Source: Octopus bimaculoides (Eukaryota). Taken from it: a DNA stretch of 63,866 nt. This document shows positions 62,211 through 63,866 of the stretch, in pieces. The stretch spans positions 6,873,261-6,937,126 of the forward strand of contig NC_069006.1 in NCBI RefSeq assembly GCF_001194135.2. Direction: 5' to 3'. The position numbers were made by a program, and so were the translations under genes. Under the pieces are notes generated by a model. It made no database searches and was not told the DNA's origin. It worked only from the letters and a program-made list of their open reading frames with translations. The first letter of the stretch is position 1. Each line of letters opens with the position of its first letter.

Positions 62211-62285
62211 ATGGCTGCTCCCATGGAGGACAACGAGGAATTGGTGCAAGAGGATTATTATGCTTGGTTAAACGTCGATAGAAAG
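62211..62285 (+). CDS. DNAJC11: Coding exon 1 of DnaJ homolog subfamily C member 11 (start of J-domain); rest of gene lies beyond the window
   Basis: ATG in AAAAATGG context reads MAAPMEDNEELVQEDYYAWLNVDRK, then AAG|GTTCGA phase-0 donor. Matches the DNAJC11 N-terminus as I recall it (human [30 protein letters not shown]). The DYYxxLxV motif is J-domain helix I. No HPD exon found in the remaining 1.6 kb. Confidence 0.8.
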
Positions 62286-63639
62286 GTTCGAGTTATATTT
62301 TGTTAACAAAAATCTAACGTAATTTTGCATTATTTGTTTGAAATATTTGCTGACATCTGGTGATATTTTTCCCTCGAAATAACGAAGCTTCGTCTGTTAA
62401 CATTTTTGTTTCACTATGGAAGCAAATTTACTTTCTCTCTAGCATCGCTGAATAAGGAGACGATATCAGTCTCCTTGTATCATTTATTTAAAATATAATA
62501 TATACAAAGATGCCACTTGAGAATGTCCTTCTGGTTTAGGGTTACAAAAATAACTGTAGTTCTTATTTATTTCTATTTCATCTTTTTTTTTATCGGTTTC
62601 AGTGCCGCATGACAACTTATTTTCTTATTGTAAATGACCCGTCTGACCTTAAAAGTTAGAAAATATTTTTAAAAAAACGTATAACCTGTTATTTAATTTT
62701 TTCGGTATCAGAAATTGATCGCTTCTGTTGCTCTAATCGTGTTCAGGTGAACAGTTTCATTTCTCTGCCTTTGCTTTATTTTCTTTCTTTCTTTCTACCT
62801 TTCCCCATAAACATGTTAAGATTAGCCATTGATTAATTAACAACATTCCTTCACTCCATACACGGCTGCACAGTAAAAACATCTAGTAATGGAATAACGA
62901 TTTCTTAATTACGTTCAAGGCCACACATTTTTGATAGGGAAAAGTTACAAGGTTGTGCTAACATTCGTCCCTCTCAAGAGCATTCATTGACAACGTTAAG
63001 TGGAGTAACCTGTCTGCTACCGGTAATCGTACCAGGTCCTCAATACTTTCCTCTTTCTCATTATTATATTTATGTAATAAACTTGTTTGGGTGTTTTGTT
63101 TTTTAAATAATGTTACTGCTGTTATTGTTGTTGTTATTATTTTCTTTCAAGCGCTCGTTCCAAGTTATTGTATTTGGTTATTTAAAATTGTCACGACAAG
63201 GGCATTATACTACACAAGCGAAGTGAAACTGACATAACTTAGAAAACAGACCGGTGCCCTCAGCTCGTTAAGGAACGACATATAATTTCTTAAACATTGA
63301 TAATAATAAGACACATAAAGATTATATTCGATGCGTATTTTAATATTTCAAATTTTAGCCACATATTCATTGTACAGCATTATTAACTAACTAAACTTCA
63401 GTATTCTGTCTTACGCAACAATTGGCTAATATTGCCCCGTATAGAAACCGATAACCCACGAAGATAAAGAACAAGACAACGAAAACAAATTATTATCCAG
63501 ATTTCTATCTATATTATGGTTTCTGTTTTTATTCTCAAGATCTCTCAAGAATTTTCTTGTCGGTTGGTTAAAGTTCATTAAATCGCAGCACGTTCGCCTA
63601 CTTGTATACCTCTGCACTTGAAGCAGGCTCACAAACACA

Positions 63640-63851
63640 CAAACACACATGCACATAAACACACATGCATATATATATATATACATATATACGACGGGCT
63701 TCTTTCAGTTTCCGTCTACCAAATCCACTCACAAGGCTTTGGTCGGCCCGAGGCTATAGTAGAAGACACTTGCCCAAGGTGCCACGCAGTGGGACTGAAC
63801 CCGGAACTATGTGGTTGGTAAGCAAGCTACTTACACAGCCACTCCTGCGCC
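63640..63851 (-). mobile_element. SINE family A 5' half, young, in DNAJC11 intron 1
   Basis: GGCGCAGGAGTGGCTGTGTAAGTAGCTTGCTTACCAACC...CCGGGTTCAGTCCCACTGCGTGGCACCTTGGGCAAGTG on the minus strand. Confidence 0.95.
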
Positions 63852-63866
63852 TAGTTAAGTTTCTCA

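Overview
AT-rich animal genomic DNA from a gapped short-read assembly (8 N-gaps). It is almost certainly an octopod cephalopod, judging by its dense tRNA-derived SINE families and microsatellite load. About 64 kb is mostly repeats: at least five interspersed SINE-like families, fragments of four non-LTR retrotransposon clades (CR1/L2-group, RTE, Tx1/L1, CRE), several hAT-type MITEs with 8-bp target duplications, and many micro/minisatellites. Nearly every ORF in the supplied track is a repeat or gap artefact. The only confidently recognisable host-gene sequence is below the track's size cut-off: coding exon 1 of a DNAJC11 orthologue (62211-62285, +). About 0.85 kb upstream is an NRF1+ETS motif pair beside a minus-strand GTGAG donor, suggesting a divergent, unidentified transcript running back into the window. 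The left ~32 kb looks CpG-decayed compared with the right half, which hints at a methylated gene body whose exons I could not assign. Other notable structures are a near-perfect 231-bp foldback palindrome, a tRNA-Thr(UGU)-like cloverleaf, nested insertions with clean target duplications, and oppositely oriented SINE arrays that could form dsRNA. I found no clear evidence of a new multi-gene system. Repeat boundaries are read by eye and approximate, and family letters A-E are my own labels.
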